Program-made: the position numbers and the translations under genes
Part shown: positions 38,568 through 49,406 of the stretch, in pieces
Position numbering within the stretch: the stretch's first letter is position 1
How the letters are laid out: each line of letters starts with the position of its first letter
NCBI GenBank assembly: GCA_038231435.1
Contig: JBBRLJ010000010.1
Span: forward strand, 32,001-96,000
Direction of reading: 5' to 3'
DNA length: 64,000 nt
Source of the DNA: Planctomycetota bacterium
GTDB lineage: Bacteria; Planctomycetota; UBA11346
The notes under the pieces: generated by a model
Told to the model about the DNA's origin: nothing
Databases searched by the model: none
Seen by the model: only the letters and a program-made list of their open reading frames with translations

Positions 38568-40217
38568 ATGACCACCCCGGCCCCATCTTCCTCGTCTGAT
38601 CCATCCGCTCCGATCGCGCTCCGCGATTCCGAGACCATCGCCTTCATCGGCGACAGCATCACCGAGCAGAACCTCTACAGCGCCTTCATCGAGACCTTCC
38701 TGATGTCCCGGCTGCCGGGCAAGGACCTGCGCTTCCACAATTTCGGCTGGGGCGGCGACACCGCACCCGGCGGCGCGGGGCGCTTCGCGCGCGATGTCGC
38801 GCCGATCGCTCCGAGCCTGGTGCTGGTCAAGTTCGGCATGAACGACGGCCGCTACTCGGCACCCGACGAGGCGGTGCGCGGGATCTACCTGGATGGCCAG
38901 CGCGCCCTGGCGGACGCGATCGCGGCGATGGGCGCCCGCCAGGTGGCGATCTCGCCCAATCCGATCGACGTCGGCGGCCGTGCGTACCTCGAGCCGTACA
39001 ACGCCACGCTGAAGCTGTTCTCGGAGCACCTGCGCCGCATGTGCGACGAGCGCGGCATCGCCTTCATCGATCTGTTCGCTCCGGTCCTGGCGGTGCAGGA
39101 GCGCGCCCAGCGCGCCACCCCGGGCTTCACCATGATCCCGGACGGCGTGCATCCGAACGAGGTCGGCCACTTCGTGATGGCGCACGCCGCGCTCGAACGC
39201 TTCGCGGCGCCGCGCGGGCTCGGCGACATCGTGGTGGACGGTGATGGTGTTACCGCCAGCGGCCCGGCGAAGGTGGCGAACACCGCCCGCGCCGGCGCTG
39301 AGCTGTCGTTCGACCTCACCGTGCCGTTCCAGCCGTACTTCGTACCCGAGCCAGCGCGACCCGCGCTCGCCCTGGTGCCGTTCCAGGAGCGCTTCAACCG
39401 CTTCCGGCTCGATTGCTCGCGGTGGAAGACCGGGCGCGCGCTCTCGGTGCGCGTAGGCGGCGTCGAGATCGCCCTCATCGGACGGGAAGATGGTGAGGGC
39501 GGCATCGATCTGGCTGCGCTCGACGCCGCGCCGTGGAGCGCGAGCGGCCGCGCGCTGTGGAACCTGGCCCAGCAGCGTTGGCGCGTCCACCTGCAGGCCT
39601 GGCGCGAGCTCGGCATCCTGGCCGGCGACGAGATCCGCGCGCTGCCGTCGCTTCCCGTCCTGAATCGGGCGATGAAGGATTTCGTACGCGAGCAGGGGGC
39701 CGCCATGCGCTCGCTGGTCGGACCGAGCATCTACCGCGTCACCATCGCCGAGACCGACGACGTCGCGATCCCCTGCGGCGAGCTGTCGCCGCTCTATCCC
39801 TTCGATCCGGCCAAGCCCGAGGACTTCGAGACCGCCCATGCCCCAGAGACCGCGCCGGATTCGGTGCCGTGGCGGTCGGTGCGCTTCAACGGCCACGCGC
39901 TCGACCTCGGCGCGCATCAGGGCAATCCCACCAAGTGCGTCTGCTATGTGCGCCTGGTGTTCGAGGCGAGCGCCTCCTGCCGCGTGCGCCTGCTGCTCGG
40001 CAGCGACGACGGCATCTCGGTATTCGTTGACGGCCGGCGCATCCTGGCGCGCAACGTCACGCGTGGGTGCCGCCTCGGCGACGACTCGGTGGATGCGCAC
40101 CTCGGCCGAGGCCGCACCACCATTCTGCTGCGCGTGACCCAGGCGGGGGGCGGCTACGGGGTGGCGATCCGCGCCCAGTCCCTCGATGGCGCGGACGTCC
40201 GTCTGATCACCGTCTGA
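38568..40217 (+). CDS. SGNH/GDSL hydrolase with C-terminal PA14-like beta-sandwich
   Basis: FIGDSITE, NFGWGGDT, FGMNDG, PDGVHP; C-terminal LLLGSDDGISVFVDG...TQAGGGYG. Confidence 0.82.
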   Translation: MTTPAPSSSSDPSAPIALRDSETIAFIGDSITEQNLYSAFIETFLMSRLPGKDLRFHNFGWGGDTAPGGAGRFARDVAPIAPSLVLVKFGMNDGRYSAPDEAVRGIYLDGQRALADAIAAMGARQVAISPNPIDVGGRAYLEPYNATLKLFSEHLRRMCDERGIAFIDLFAPVLAVQERAQRATPGFTMIPDGVHPNEVGHFVMAHAALERFAAPRGLGDIVVDGDGVTASGPAKVANTARAGAELSFDLTVPFQPYFVPEPARPALALVPFQERFNRFRLDCSRWKTGRALSVRVGGVEIALIGREDGEGGIDLAALDAAPWSASGRALWNLAQQRWRVHLQAWRELGILAGDEIRALPSLPVLNRAMKDFVREQGAAMRSLVGPSIYRVTIAETDDVAIPCGELSPLYPFDPAKPEDFETAHAPETAPDSVPWRSVRFNGHALDLGAHQGNPTKCVCYVRLVFEASASCRVRLLLGSDDGISVFVDGRRILARNVTRGCRLGDDSVDAHLGRGRTTILLRVTQAGGGYGVAIRAQSLDGADVRLITV

Positions 40218-40487
40218 TATACGCGAGGACGACCGAGAGCTGCCCGAACGTGTCACCCTCGTCGCTCGTGCCGTAGGTCTGGCGGCTCACTGGGACTTGA
40301 TCTACATCAGGTACTAAGATTAGCTGTCACAGCGATTTGGCCTACCGTTCTTTGATCACGCTCGTCTGTTTCCAGGCATCCCAGCCTGGGCCTGGTCGGG
40401 TGCGTGTCTCGAGACCGCTGACGACAGCTCCTGTGATTCCACTGCTGATACCGCATCCACTGCGTCACTTCGAAAAGGATTTCTCCG

Positions 40488-41555
40488 ATGGCTGAAGCCG
40501 CCCCCGCCCGCGATCCCCAGGAACAGGCTTCTGCAACCGGCCGCGGTGAGAAGGCCGCCAGCGACAAGCAGGCCCTGGCCTGGCTGCAGCAGGCGACCGC
40601 GACGGTGCGCAGCGAGCTCGGCAAGGTCATCGTTGGCCAAGAGGAGGTCGTCGACCAGCTGCTGATCGGCATCTTCGCCAAGGGCCACTGCATGCTCGAA
40701 GGCGTGCCCGGCCTCGCCAAGACCCTGCTCATCAGCACGCTCGCCAAATGCCTCGACATGTCCTTCAAGCGCATCCAGTTCACGCCTGACCTGATGCCGT
40801 CCGACATCGTCGGCACCGAAGTGCTGCAAGAGGATCCGACCACCCGCCAGCGCCAGTTCAAATTCATGCGCGGCCCGATCTTCGCCAACATCGTGCTCGC
40901 CGACGAGATCAATCGCACGCCACCGAAGACCCAGGCCGCGCTGCTCGAGGCCATGCAGGAGAAGAGCGTGTCGATCGGCAACGAGCGCCACGTGCTCGAT
41001 GCGCCGTTCTTCGTGCTCGCCACCCAGAACCCGATCGACCAAGAAGGCACCTATCCGCTGCCCGAGGCGCAGCTCGACCGTTTCCTGTTCAAGATCTCGG
41101 TCGGCTATCCCTCCGACGCCGAGGAGCTGGAAGTCATGCGTCGCGTCGCCAGCCCGGTGATGGCTGAGAACGAAAAGGGCGTGCAGAAGGTCCTCACCGC
41201 CCAGCAGGTCATCGGCGTGCAGAAGCTCGTGTTGCGCGTGCCGGTCGCCGATCAGGTGCTCGAGTACGCGAAGAACCTGGTGCGCGCCACGCGCCCCAAT
41301 CAGCCCGAGGCTCCCGCCTTCATCAAGGAGTGGATCTCGTGGGGCGCCGGTCCGCGCGCCTCGATCAACCTCATCCTCGCCGCCAAGGCCCGCGCCGTCT
41401 TGCACGGCAACTACGCGGTCTCGTGGGAAGACATCGAAGCCGTCGCCGGCCCGGTGCTACGCCATCGCATCGCCTGCAGCTACACCGCCTCGGCCGAGGA
41501 CATCACCACCGACGTGGTGATCCAGAAGCTCCTCGAAACCGTCTCCAAGGGCTGA
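40488..41555 (+). CDS. moxR: MoxR-family AAA+ ATPase
   Basis: VIVGQ, EGVPGLAKT (Walker A variant), RIQFTPDLMPSD, LADEINRTPPKTQAALLEAMQE, ATQNPIDQEGTYPLPEAQLDRF, GAGPRA, VLRHRI. Confidence 0.95.
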   Translation: MAEAAPARDPQEQASATGRGEKAASDKQALAWLQQATATVRSELGKVIVGQEEVVDQLLIGIFAKGHCMLEGVPGLAKTLLISTLAKCLDMSFKRIQFTPDLMPSDIVGTEVLQEDPTTRQRQFKFMRGPIFANIVLADEINRTPPKTQAALLEAMQEKSVSIGNERHVLDAPFFVLATQNPIDQEGTYPLPEAQLDRFLFKISVGYPSDAEELEVMRRVASPVMAENEKGVQKVLTAQQVIGVQKLVLRVPVADQVLEYAKNLVRATRPNQPEAPAFIKEWISWGAGPRASINLILAAKARAVLHGNYAVSWEDIEAVAGPVLRHRIACSYTASAEDITTDVVIQKLLETVSKG

Positions 41556-41728
41556 GCGGCCGTGACCAGCCCGATCGCCGCCCTTGTTTCAAAAACCCTT
41601 CACCCCTGGCTTCCAAGGGGGCAGCGCGGCGTGAGGCCCCGGTCGGTAGGGGCAGCGCGTTCATGGGGGGCCATAGCCCCCCATAGCCGCCCCCGCGGGC
41701 TGCGCCTGCGTACGGGCGGCGTGCACTA

Positions 41729-42652
41729 ATGGCTCTTCTCGATCCCAAGATCATCTCGAAAGTCGCGCGGCTCGACCTCAAGGCGAAGCTGGTCGTCGAG
41801 GGCTTCATCTCGGGCATGCACAAGAGCCCGTTCAAGGGCTTCAGCGTCGAGTTCGCGCAGCACCGCGGCTATGTCGCCGGCGACGACCTCAAGCACCTCG
41901 ACTGGAAGGTGTGGGGCAAGAACGAGCGCTACTACATCAAGCAGTACGAGGCCGAGACCAACCTGGTCACCAACGTGCTGGTCGACGCCAGCGCCTCGAT
42001 GGCCTACGGCGGTGCGAATGCCGCCGGCAAGGTGACCAAGCTCGAATACGCCAAGCTGGTCGCGGCTTCGCTGAGCTACCTGATCCTGAACCAGTCGGAC
42101 GCGGTGGCGGTGGGCGTGTTCAAGCACGACCTGGTGGACTACGCCGAGCGTTCGACCCGCAAGGTGCACATCAACCGCATCTGCAAGCTGCTCGACGACA
42201 CCGAACCCGAGGGCGACACCGGCGTCGCCCGCGTCCTGCACACCATGGCCGAGCGCGTGAAGCGCCGCGGCATCTTCTTCCTGGTCAGCGACCTCTTCGA
42301 TGACGTCGAGGCCATCCTCTCCGGCTTCCAGCACCTGCGCCACGGGGGTCACGAGCTGGTGGTGATGCACGTGCTCGACGACGACGAGCTCACCTTCCCC
42401 TTCGAGGGCATGGTCCAGTTCAAGGGCCTCGAGCTCGAGGTGAAGGTCAAGTGCCACCCGCGTTCGGTGAAGCAGGCCTATCTCGAGGAGCTGCACAAGC
42501 ACCTCGCGCGCGTGAAGGTGGTCTGCCAGAAGAACAACATCGACTACATCCTCGCCAACACCAACACCCCGGTCGACGTGGCGCTGGCCGCCTACCTGGC
42601 CAAGCGCGAGCACATGTCCGGAGCCGGCGCGCGGGGGGCGGTGAGGGCGTGA
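41729..42652 (+). CDS. DUF58 domain protein (vWA-like MoxR partner)
   Basis: GMHKSPFKGFSVEFAQHRGY..GDDLKHLDWK, YIKQYEAETN, LVDASASM, LVSDLF. Confidence 0.93.
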   Translation: MALLDPKIISKVARLDLKAKLVVEGFISGMHKSPFKGFSVEFAQHRGYVAGDDLKHLDWKVWGKNERYYIKQYEAETNLVTNVLVDASASMAYGGANAAGKVTKLEYAKLVAASLSYLILNQSDAVAVGVFKHDLVDYAERSTRKVHINRICKLLDDTEPEGDTGVARVLHTMAERVKRRGIFFLVSDLFDDVEAILSGFQHLRHGGHELVVMHVLDDDELTFPFEGMVQFKGLELEVKVKCHPRSVKQAYLEELHKHLARVKVVCQKNNIDYILANTNTPVDVALAAYLAKREHMSGAGARGAVRA

Positions 42653-42780
42653 GGAGCTACGTGCGGTGTCCGGCGTGCGGTGGGCGGCGAGAAGACGACG
42701 AGTCGTGGCCCATGCTCGGATCCGCTTTTCCAGCGACGACTGATGCGCGCTTGGGATCGATTGTCATGTCCCTCGCCGTA

Positions 42781-42802
42781 CGCTGCACGCTGCACGCTGC
42801 AC
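42781..42802. repeat. Heptamer tandem repeat (CGCTGCA)x3
   Basis: Directly visible just upstream of the BatA-domain gene start. Confidence 0.7.
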
Positions 42803-42812
42803 GGTGCCTCCC

Positions 42813-45032
42813 ATGATGTTCCTCAACATCATGCTTGCAGGATTCGTCGCGCTCGGCGCGGTGCCGATCATCATCCACCTGCTGAACAAGCAGCGCTTCA
42901 AGGTGATCGAGTGGGCGGCGATCCAGTTCCTGCTCAAGACCCTGCAGAAGAACTCGAAGCGCCTGCAGATGCGCGACCTGATCCTGCTCGCGCTGCGCAC
43001 CTGCGCGATCGTGTTCGCGGCGCTCGCGCTCGCGCGCCCGACCATCGCCCCGGGGCGCTTCAGCCTGCTCGGCGGCGGAGGCGGGCTCAACAGCGTGGTG
43101 GTGCTCGACAACAGCCTGTCGATGGGCTGCCTCGACGGCAACGACACACGCTTCAGCGTCGCCAAGGTCAAGGCCAAGGCGGTCATCGACCAGCTGCCGA
43201 AGGGCTCCGGCGCGGCGCTCGTGCTGATGAGCGACGTCGCCCAGGCGGAAGTCTCCGAGCCGAGCCATGATCTCGGCTTCGTCGCCGGCGCGATCGACAA
43301 GGCCGCTCTGTCCGACGGCGGCACCAGCCTCGCGGTGGCCCTGGCCAAGGCCTGGGACATCCTCAAGCACGTCGATGGCGCGCGTGAGATCTACATCTTC
43401 ACTGACATGCAGGCGAACGCCTGGCCGTCGACCGACGACGCTTCGTGGAAATCCCTCGCCGCCGAGATCGCGTCCCACAAGGACGTGCGCCTGTACCTCG
43501 CCGACGCCTCGCGGGCGATGGTCGACAACGTGTCGATCGACAGGCTCGAGCCCGAGGACGAGCTGGTCACGAGCGAAACGGATACCACCTTCATCGCCAC
43601 GGTGCGCAATCACGCCAGCGTCGGCTCCGCCGCGGCGGCGAACGTTGAAGTCGAGCTGCTAGTCGACGACGGCCGCGCGGGCGAACTGCGCAAGGCCGCC
43701 TCGACGGTCCTCGACCATCTTGACGGCACGCAGGAAGTGCGCCTCGAGACGCGTTTCGCCGAGGGTGGACGCCACCGCGTCCAGGCGCGCATCGGTGCGG
43801 ACCACTTGCCGGCGGACAACGCGCGTTACTTGAGCGTGGACGTCATCGACCGCGTGCGCGTGCTGATCGTCGATGGCTCGTCAGAGGGGGGCTACGCGGG
43901 CGGCGCCGGATTCATCCGCGCCGCGCTCTCACCGGGCGCCGCCGTGGACGAGGAAGGCGTGGCCAAGAACCTCATCGACACCACCGTCATCGCGCCTGGA
44001 GCGCTCGCGGATACCGCGCTGGATACCTACCAGGCGGTGATACTCAGCGACGTCGCGGAGTTGCCGAGCAGCCTCGCCGACGGCCTGAAGGCCTTCGTCG
44101 CCAGCGGCAAGGGCCTGATCATCTTCCTCGGCGCCAACGTCAAGGCCGAGAGCTACAACGCCCAGCTCGGCGAGCGCGCGGGCGTGCTGCCGGCGCGCCT
44201 GAGCGCCAAGCCGATCGAGTTCCCCGGCGAGAACGGCACCAAGGGCATCGGCCTCTCTACCGCCGCCCTCACCCACCCGATCATGGCCTTCTTCGCCGAC
44301 AAGGAGACCCAGCCCTATCTGGCCCAGCCGCGCTTCTACCAGGCGTACACGCTCGAGGTCCCCGCGCCGCCGACTCCGGCCGCTGGCGCTCCCGCGTCGG
44401 ACGCGTCGGTGGTGGTCGCGAGCTTCTCCGACGGCAAGCCCGCGCTGGTCGAGCGCGCCCTCGGCAACGGCTCGGTGCTGCTGTTCGCGGGCTCCGCGGA
44501 CAAGGAGTGGTCCGATTTCCCGTTGCGTCCGGCCTTCCTGATGGTCACCCGGCGCGCCGTCCAGCATGTGGTGCTCTCGCGCCGTAACTCGCCCACGGTG
44601 CGCGTGCACGACCCGATTGTTGCGATCCTGCCGGCGAAGGACGCGGGCGCGCGCCTGGCGACCCACGATCCGCGCGGTGGCGCCGGCGCGATCGCCGCGG
44701 TGCTGTCTCCCGACGGCCGCTCGGCCCGCGCCGAGATTCCGGACACGCCCTTCGCCGGTTTCTACGACCTCGCGCGCGAGGATGCGGTCCTGCGCTTCGC
44801 GGCCAACGCCCCACGCGACGAATCGATCCTCGACACGCTGTCGCCCGAGGCGCTGCGCGAGCGCAGCGCGGGGCTCGAATGGCAGCTGATCGCGTCCGAG
44901 AGCGATGTCGGCGCGCAGGTGACGCGCGGCCGCGTCGGCCGCGAGATCTGGCCGCTGCTGCTCGCGATTGTCGTCGGCTGCCTGCTCGCTGAATCAATCC
45001 TGGCGGCGCGCTGGGCGCCGAAGGGAGCATGA
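42813..45032 (+). CDS. BatA N-terminal domain plus vWA, Ig-like and GATase-like membrane protein
   Basis: VPIIIHLLNKQRFKVIEWAAIQFL...LLALR...LARP (BatA); VVLDNSLSM (MIDAS DxSxS), FTDMQ; G.GLIIFLG; WSDFPLRPAF; C-terminal EIWPLLL...ES TM. Confidence 0.88.
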   Translation: MMFLNIMLAGFVALGAVPIIIHLLNKQRFKVIEWAAIQFLLKTLQKNSKRLQMRDLILLALRTCAIVFAALALARPTIAPGRFSLLGGGGGLNSVVVLDNSLSMGCLDGNDTRFSVAKVKAKAVIDQLPKGSGAALVLMSDVAQAEVSEPSHDLGFVAGAIDKAALSDGGTSLAVALAKAWDILKHVDGAREIYIFTDMQANAWPSTDDASWKSLAAEIASHKDVRLYLADASRAMVDNVSIDRLEPEDELVTSETDTTFIATVRNHASVGSAAAANVEVELLVDDGRAGELRKAASTVLDHLDGTQEVRLETRFAEGGRHRVQARIGADHLPADNARYLSVDVIDRVRVLIVDGSSEGGYAGGAGFIRAALSPGAAVDEEGVAKNLIDTTVIAPGALADTALDTYQAVILSDVAELPSSLADGLKAFVASGKGLIIFLGANVKAESYNAQLGERAGVLPARLSAKPIEFPGENGTKGIGLSTAALTHPIMAFFADKETQPYLAQPRFYQAYTLEVPAPPTPAAGAPASDASVVVASFSDGKPALVERALGNGSVLLFAGSADKEWSDFPLRPAFLMVTRRAVQHVVLSRRNSPTVRVHDPIVAILPAKDAGARLATHDPRGGAGAIAAVLSPDGRSARAEIPDTPFAGFYDLAREDAVLRFAANAPRDESILDTLSPEALRERSAGLEWQLIASESDVGAQVTRGRVGREIWPLLLAIVVGCLLAESILAARWAPKGA

Positions 45033-45036
45033 GCCG

Positions 45037-47430
45037 ATGAAGCTGCTGCTCTGGCTGCTGTGCCTCGGCGATCCCACCAATGGCGGCGGTGAGATCCATG
45101 GGATCCATTTCCCACGCCTGCAGACCCCGCTCATGCAGCTGGTGTTCGCACTGCTGCTGGTCGGCGCGGTGGCGATGGTGTGGTGGTTCTACCGCCGCGA
45201 GGCGTCGTACGTGCCGACGAGCCGCAAGCGTCTGCTGTCCGGCCTGCGCGTCGGCGCGTGGATCGTCATCCTCTTCATCCTCACCGGGGCCTTCCTCGAA
45301 GTCACGCGCGCCGAGGACAGCAAGGGTAGCCTGCTGGTGCTGATCGACGCCTCGCAGTCCATGGGCATTGCAGACCGCCGCACCGAGCCGGCCGACATCG
45401 CCTCGGCGGTGAAGATCCTCGGCGAGGACCACCGTGCCGACGTCGACAAGGCCACGCGCACCGACCTGGTCAAGGCGGCCTTCGCTAGCAAGCAGCTCGA
45501 CCCGCTACGCGTGCTGAAGGACCGTTTCAAGGTCGAGGCCTACACCTTCGGCAAGACCGCGGCCGTGACCCCGTTCGAGCTGACGCCGATCGAGGCCGGC
45601 GGCGGCGGCGCCCTCGACAAGCTCGGCGCGCCCATGGACAACGCCACCCAGCTCGGCGCTGCCCTGCTCGACGCGGCTCGCCGCTCCAAGGGCCGCAAGC
45701 TCGACGGCATCGTGGTGATCAGCGACGGCGGCTCGAACCGCGGCGACGATCCGGTCGAGGCCGCCAAGGCCATTGGCGCTCCGATCTACACCGTCGGCGT
45801 CGGCCTGCCCCAGGCCAAGGATCTCGAGATCCCGTTCCTGTTCTGCGAGGACGTGGTCTTCAAGAACGACCGCTTTCAGCTCAACGTGCGCATCAAGCAG
45901 CGCGGCTACTCGGGTCGCCAGGCGACCCTGGTGATCAAGCGCATCGACGAGCAGAAGAACGAGGAAGTGGTCAAGGAGGAGCAAGTCGACCTCAACGACG
46001 ATCTCGAACGCATGCGCGCCGTCGAGGTGCTCCCCGACAAGGAGGGCGTCTTCACCTACGTGGCCGAGCTGACCGCATTCCCGGACGAAGCCGATATGCA
46101 GAACAACCGCCGCGCCAAGGTAGGGGTCAAGGTCGTCGACAAGAAGATCCGCGTGCTGATGATCGAGGATTCGCCGCGCTACGTGTATCGCTTCGTCAAG
46201 TCGATCCTCGAGGCCGACCGCCAGCGCATCGCGCCGACCTTCATCCTGCGCCAAGGCGACTCCGGCGGTCGCGGCGCCAAGACCATGCGCCAGTTCCCGA
46301 CCGCGGCCGAGCTGCGCAACTTCGACGTGATCGTGCTCGGCGACATCGCGCCCGACTTCTTCTCGGACGACGAGTTCAAGGCGCTCGAGGAGTTCGTGCG
46401 CAAGGAAGGCGGTGGCCTGCTCGCCATCGCCGGCAGCAACCACATGCCCGGCCAGTACCAGAATTCGCCGCTCGCCGCGATGCTGCCGGTCGAGGTCGAT
46501 ACGATGGCGGCGCCCACCGTCGAGGACGAGCTGAGCCACACCATCAAGAACGGCTTCCGTCCGGTGGTGACCCCTGAAGGTTCGCGTTGGCCGCCGCTGC
46601 GCTTCTCGCCCGACGCAGGCGAGAACGAGCTGCAGTGGCGCCAGGCTGACCAGCTCTTCTGGTTCTATCCGTCGCGCAAGGTCAAGTCGGGCGCCACCAC
46701 GCTGCTCGCGCATCCCGACCGCACCGTCGGCGACGCCAAGATGCCGATCCTCGCCAGCCAGCGCTACGGCAAGGGCCAGGTCGTCTACTTCGCGAGCGAC
46801 GAGGCCTGGCGCTGGCGCTACCACCCGGGCGCGGCGCAGCACCGCCGCCTGTGGGGCCAGATGGTCAGCTCGCTCGCCATGGCGCACCTGCTCGGTTCGT
46901 CCGATCGCGCCCAGGTCGAGACCGACCGCTCCGAATATGCCGTTGGCGACCACGCCCAGATCATCGCCCGCCTGCTCGACAGCGGCTTCAACCCGGTCGC
47001 CGCCGACTCGGTGACCGCGACCGTCGAGCGCGAGCTCAGCCGCGACACCGTCACGCTCGGCGCGCGCAAGGATCAGCCGGGGGTGTTCAGCGGCGAATGG
47101 GTGCCCTCCGACGAAGGCCGTTGGCGGATCAGCGTCGAGAGCGGCGGCGAGACCGCCGACCGCGTGGTCTCGGTGGTCAATCCGCGCATCGAGTTCGAGG
47201 ACATCGGTCAGCGCCAGGAGCTGCTCACGCGCATGGCGCAGGCCAGCGGCGGCGCCTACCTGCCGCTCGAGAACATCCAGGAGCTCGCCAAGGCGCTCAC
47301 TGCCAAGGAGAAGTCCAGCAACCAGCGGCGCGCCGAGCGCACGCTGTGGAACGCCCCGGGCGTGATGATCCTGCTCACGCTGTTCCTGGGCAGCGAGTGG
47401 TTCCTGAGGAAGAGGTCGGATCTGCTATGA
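45037..47430 (+). CDS. vWA plus glutamine-amidotransferase-like domain membrane protein
   Basis: N-terminal TMs; LIDASQSM (DxSxS), VVISDG; FDVIVLGD, FV..EGGGLLAIAG, YGKGQV....DEAWRWR; C-terminal LWN...EWFLRKRSDLL. Confidence 0.85.
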   Translation: MKLLLWLLCLGDPTNGGGEIHGIHFPRLQTPLMQLVFALLLVGAVAMVWWFYRREASYVPTSRKRLLSGLRVGAWIVILFILTGAFLEVTRAEDSKGSLLVLIDASQSMGIADRRTEPADIASAVKILGEDHRADVDKATRTDLVKAAFASKQLDPLRVLKDRFKVEAYTFGKTAAVTPFELTPIEAGGGGALDKLGAPMDNATQLGAALLDAARRSKGRKLDGIVVISDGGSNRGDDPVEAAKAIGAPIYTVGVGLPQAKDLEIPFLFCEDVVFKNDRFQLNVRIKQRGYSGRQATLVIKRIDEQKNEEVVKEEQVDLNDDLERMRAVEVLPDKEGVFTYVAELTAFPDEADMQNNRRAKVGVKVVDKKIRVLMIEDSPRYVYRFVKSILEADRQRIAPTFILRQGDSGGRGAKTMRQFPTAAELRNFDVIVLGDIAPDFFSDDEFKALEEFVRKEGGGLLAIAGSNHMPGQYQNSPLAAMLPVEVDTMAAPTVEDELSHTIKNGFRPVVTPEGSRWPPLRFSPDAGENELQWRQADQLFWFYPSRKVKSGATTLLAHPDRTVGDAKMPILASQRYGKGQVVYFASDEAWRWRYHPGAAQHRRLWGQMVSSLAMAHLLGSSDRAQVETDRSEYAVGDHAQIIARLLDSGFNPVAADSVTATVERELSRDTVTLGARKDQPGVFSGEWVPSDEGRWRISVESGGETADRVVSVVNPRIEFEDIGQRQELLTRMAQASGGAYLPLENIQELAKALTAKEKSSNQRRAERTLWNAPGVMILLTLFLGSEWFLRKRSDLL

Positions 47431-49289
47431 GCGACGTCCTGCTCGATCGCCTGGACGACGTGCGCAGCCGGCTGCGGCGCGTGCATCTGTTGGCTGGGGC
47501 CGCTCAATGCCTGCTCGCCCTGATCGGGCTGCTCGCCGCGTTCTTCATCCTCGATTGGATGGTGCTGTCGCGCATCATCGGCGGCGGCGCCGGCGATCAG
47601 GTCGCGCGTGGCCTGCTGCTGCTCACGATGGTCGGCATGTTCGCTCTGGTGGTGGTGCGCACGATCGTCGCCGAGCTACGCACCCAGCGCAGCGACGATC
47701 AGATCGCCATGCGCGTCGAGCGCAGCCATCCCGAGCTGCGCGGCCGGCTGATCTCGACGGTGCAGCTCACGCGCATGGCGGGCGATCACGGCACCATGGT
47801 TTCCGAGGAGATGATCGAGGCGCTCGAGGAGGAGACCGTCGGCTTCACCGAGGCCATCGATTTCGGTTCCATCATCAATCGCCGGCTGCTCAAACGCGTC
47901 GGTATCGCGGCGCTCGCCCTGCTGCTGTTGTCGGTCGGCCTGGGCTGGTGGCGTCGCGATTTCACCGGCGCGCTGCTCGCGCGCATGGCCCTGACGCGAA
48001 CTGCCTACCCCACCGCGGCCAGCATCATCGCGGTCAGTCATGGCGGCGTGGTCGGCAAGGGCGAGCCGTTCGCCATCGAGCTCGAGCTGGATCCGACGCG
48101 CAAGGTGCCGGACGAGGCGACCGCGGCGATCAGGCCAGTCGGGGGCAAGAACTCCGACCTCCAGCTCAAGCGCGTGCTCGATGCCCCGGACGGCCGCGTG
48201 CTGTTCCGCGGCTCGGTGGCGCAGGCGCTCGAGGATTTCGATTTCCGCCCCGCGGCGCTCGACGCCCGCTGGCCGACCTGGGAGCACGTGCGCGTGAACC
48301 AGCGTCCGACGGTGAAGGCGCTATCGGTGACCAGCACCTTCCCGGCTTACCTGGCACGCGCGCCCGAGACCTCGGCGATCGGCGATCTGCGCGTCCCGGT
48401 TGGAACGGTGGTCAAGATCCACGCCATCCTCACCAAGGCGGTGACCGAGGCGACGCTGTCGCGCCGCACGCCCGTGAGGAAGGATCTGGCGAAGGAAGAC
48501 GCGTCCAGGGACGAGGCGGCCGCAAAGGACGAGGCCACGCCCAACGACTCGAAGGACAACTCGAAAGACAACAAAGAGGGGGCGAAGGATCCGGGCCCGC
48601 GCGAACAGGAGTCGACCTCGCCGATGGAGCTCGATGCCACCCGTACCGCAGCTGACGCGACGCTCTCGATCGACGCGAACGGCTCGTACGCCATCCGGTT
48701 GCGCGACGCCGATGGCTTCGAGAACGCCTCGCCCATTTCTTACACCATCACCGCCATCCCCGACCGTGTGCCCACGGTGACGATCCAGTACCCGGCCCAG
48801 GACAAGTCGGCCGCCAAGTACGCGCAGTGGCCGATCCGCTTCAGCGCCCGCGACGACCACTCGATCAGCAAGGGCTGGCTGAAGTACGTGATCGCCGATC
48901 CCGATGCCGTCGGCGCCGGCCAGGAGGCCGCCCTGGCGCTCGCCACCTCGTCGACGACGGCCGAGGCCGCCGCCAAGTCGATCGAGCTCGAGGGTCTGGC
49001 CCAGCCGGGCGAGACCCAGATCGCCCGTCAGGTGCTGTTCGACCTCTCACGGCTGAACCTGGTCGAGGGCCAGCGGGTGACCTACTGGATCGATGTCTCC
49101 GACAACCGCCTCCCGGAGCCCAATATCGGCTCCAGTCCGCACTTCTCGTTCACGGTGGTCGACCTCGCCACCCTGAAGGAGCAGTTCGAACGCGATCGGG
49201 CTGAACTGCTTGGAACGATTAAGACGCTCCGGGACAAGCAGAAGGAGGTCCACGACGCCGTGGACACGGTCCGCAAGCAGGTCCCCTAG
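47427..49289 (+). CDS. DUF4175-like membrane protein (TM helices plus Ig-like domains)
   Basis: A.RVERSHPELRGRLISTVQL, PAYL..., PDRVPTVTI..P, ARDDHSI, GQRVTYWI...DN..P.PN; ATGA overlap with the upstream gene. Confidence 0.75.
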   Translation: MSDVLLDRLDDVRSRLRRVHLLAGAAQCLLALIGLLAAFFILDWMVLSRIIGGGAGDQVARGLLLLTMVGMFALVVVRTIVAELRTQRSDDQIAMRVERSHPELRGRLISTVQLTRMAGDHGTMVSEEMIEALEEETVGFTEAIDFGSIINRRLLKRVGIAALALLLLSVGLGWWRRDFTGALLARMALTRTAYPTAASIIAVSHGGVVGKGEPFAIELELDPTRKVPDEATAAIRPVGGKNSDLQLKRVLDAPDGRVLFRGSVAQALEDFDFRPAALDARWPTWEHVRVNQRPTVKALSVTSTFPAYLARAPETSAIGDLRVPVGTVVKIHAILTKAVTEATLSRRTPVRKDLAKEDASRDEAAAKDEATPNDSKDNSKDNKEGAKDPGPREQESTSPMELDATRTAADATLSIDANGSYAIRLRDADGFENASPISYTITAIPDRVPTVTIQYPAQDKSAAKYAQWPIRFSARDDHSISKGWLKYVIADPDAVGAGQEAALALATSSTTAEAAAKSIELEGLAQPGETQIARQVLFDLSRLNLVEGQRVTYWIDVSDNRLPEPNIGSSPHFSFTVVDLATLKEQFERDRAELLGTIKTLRDKQKEVHDAVDTVRKQVP

Positions 49290-49406
49290 GCTCTTGGAGA
49301 TGGTCCCGGTCCGGGGCCCGAAGCTCATTCGCCGTCCGAATCTACGTCACAAACGCAGATGAATCACCGTTCAGCTCAGTTAGCATCCATCGCCATTGGA
49401 GCCCCC

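Noticed and set aside
40218..40487. Defined sigma-70 promoter or ncRNA ahead of moxR
   Set aside because: The region is AT-richer and probably holds the promoter, but I could not fix a convincing -35/-10 pair or conserved RNA fold.
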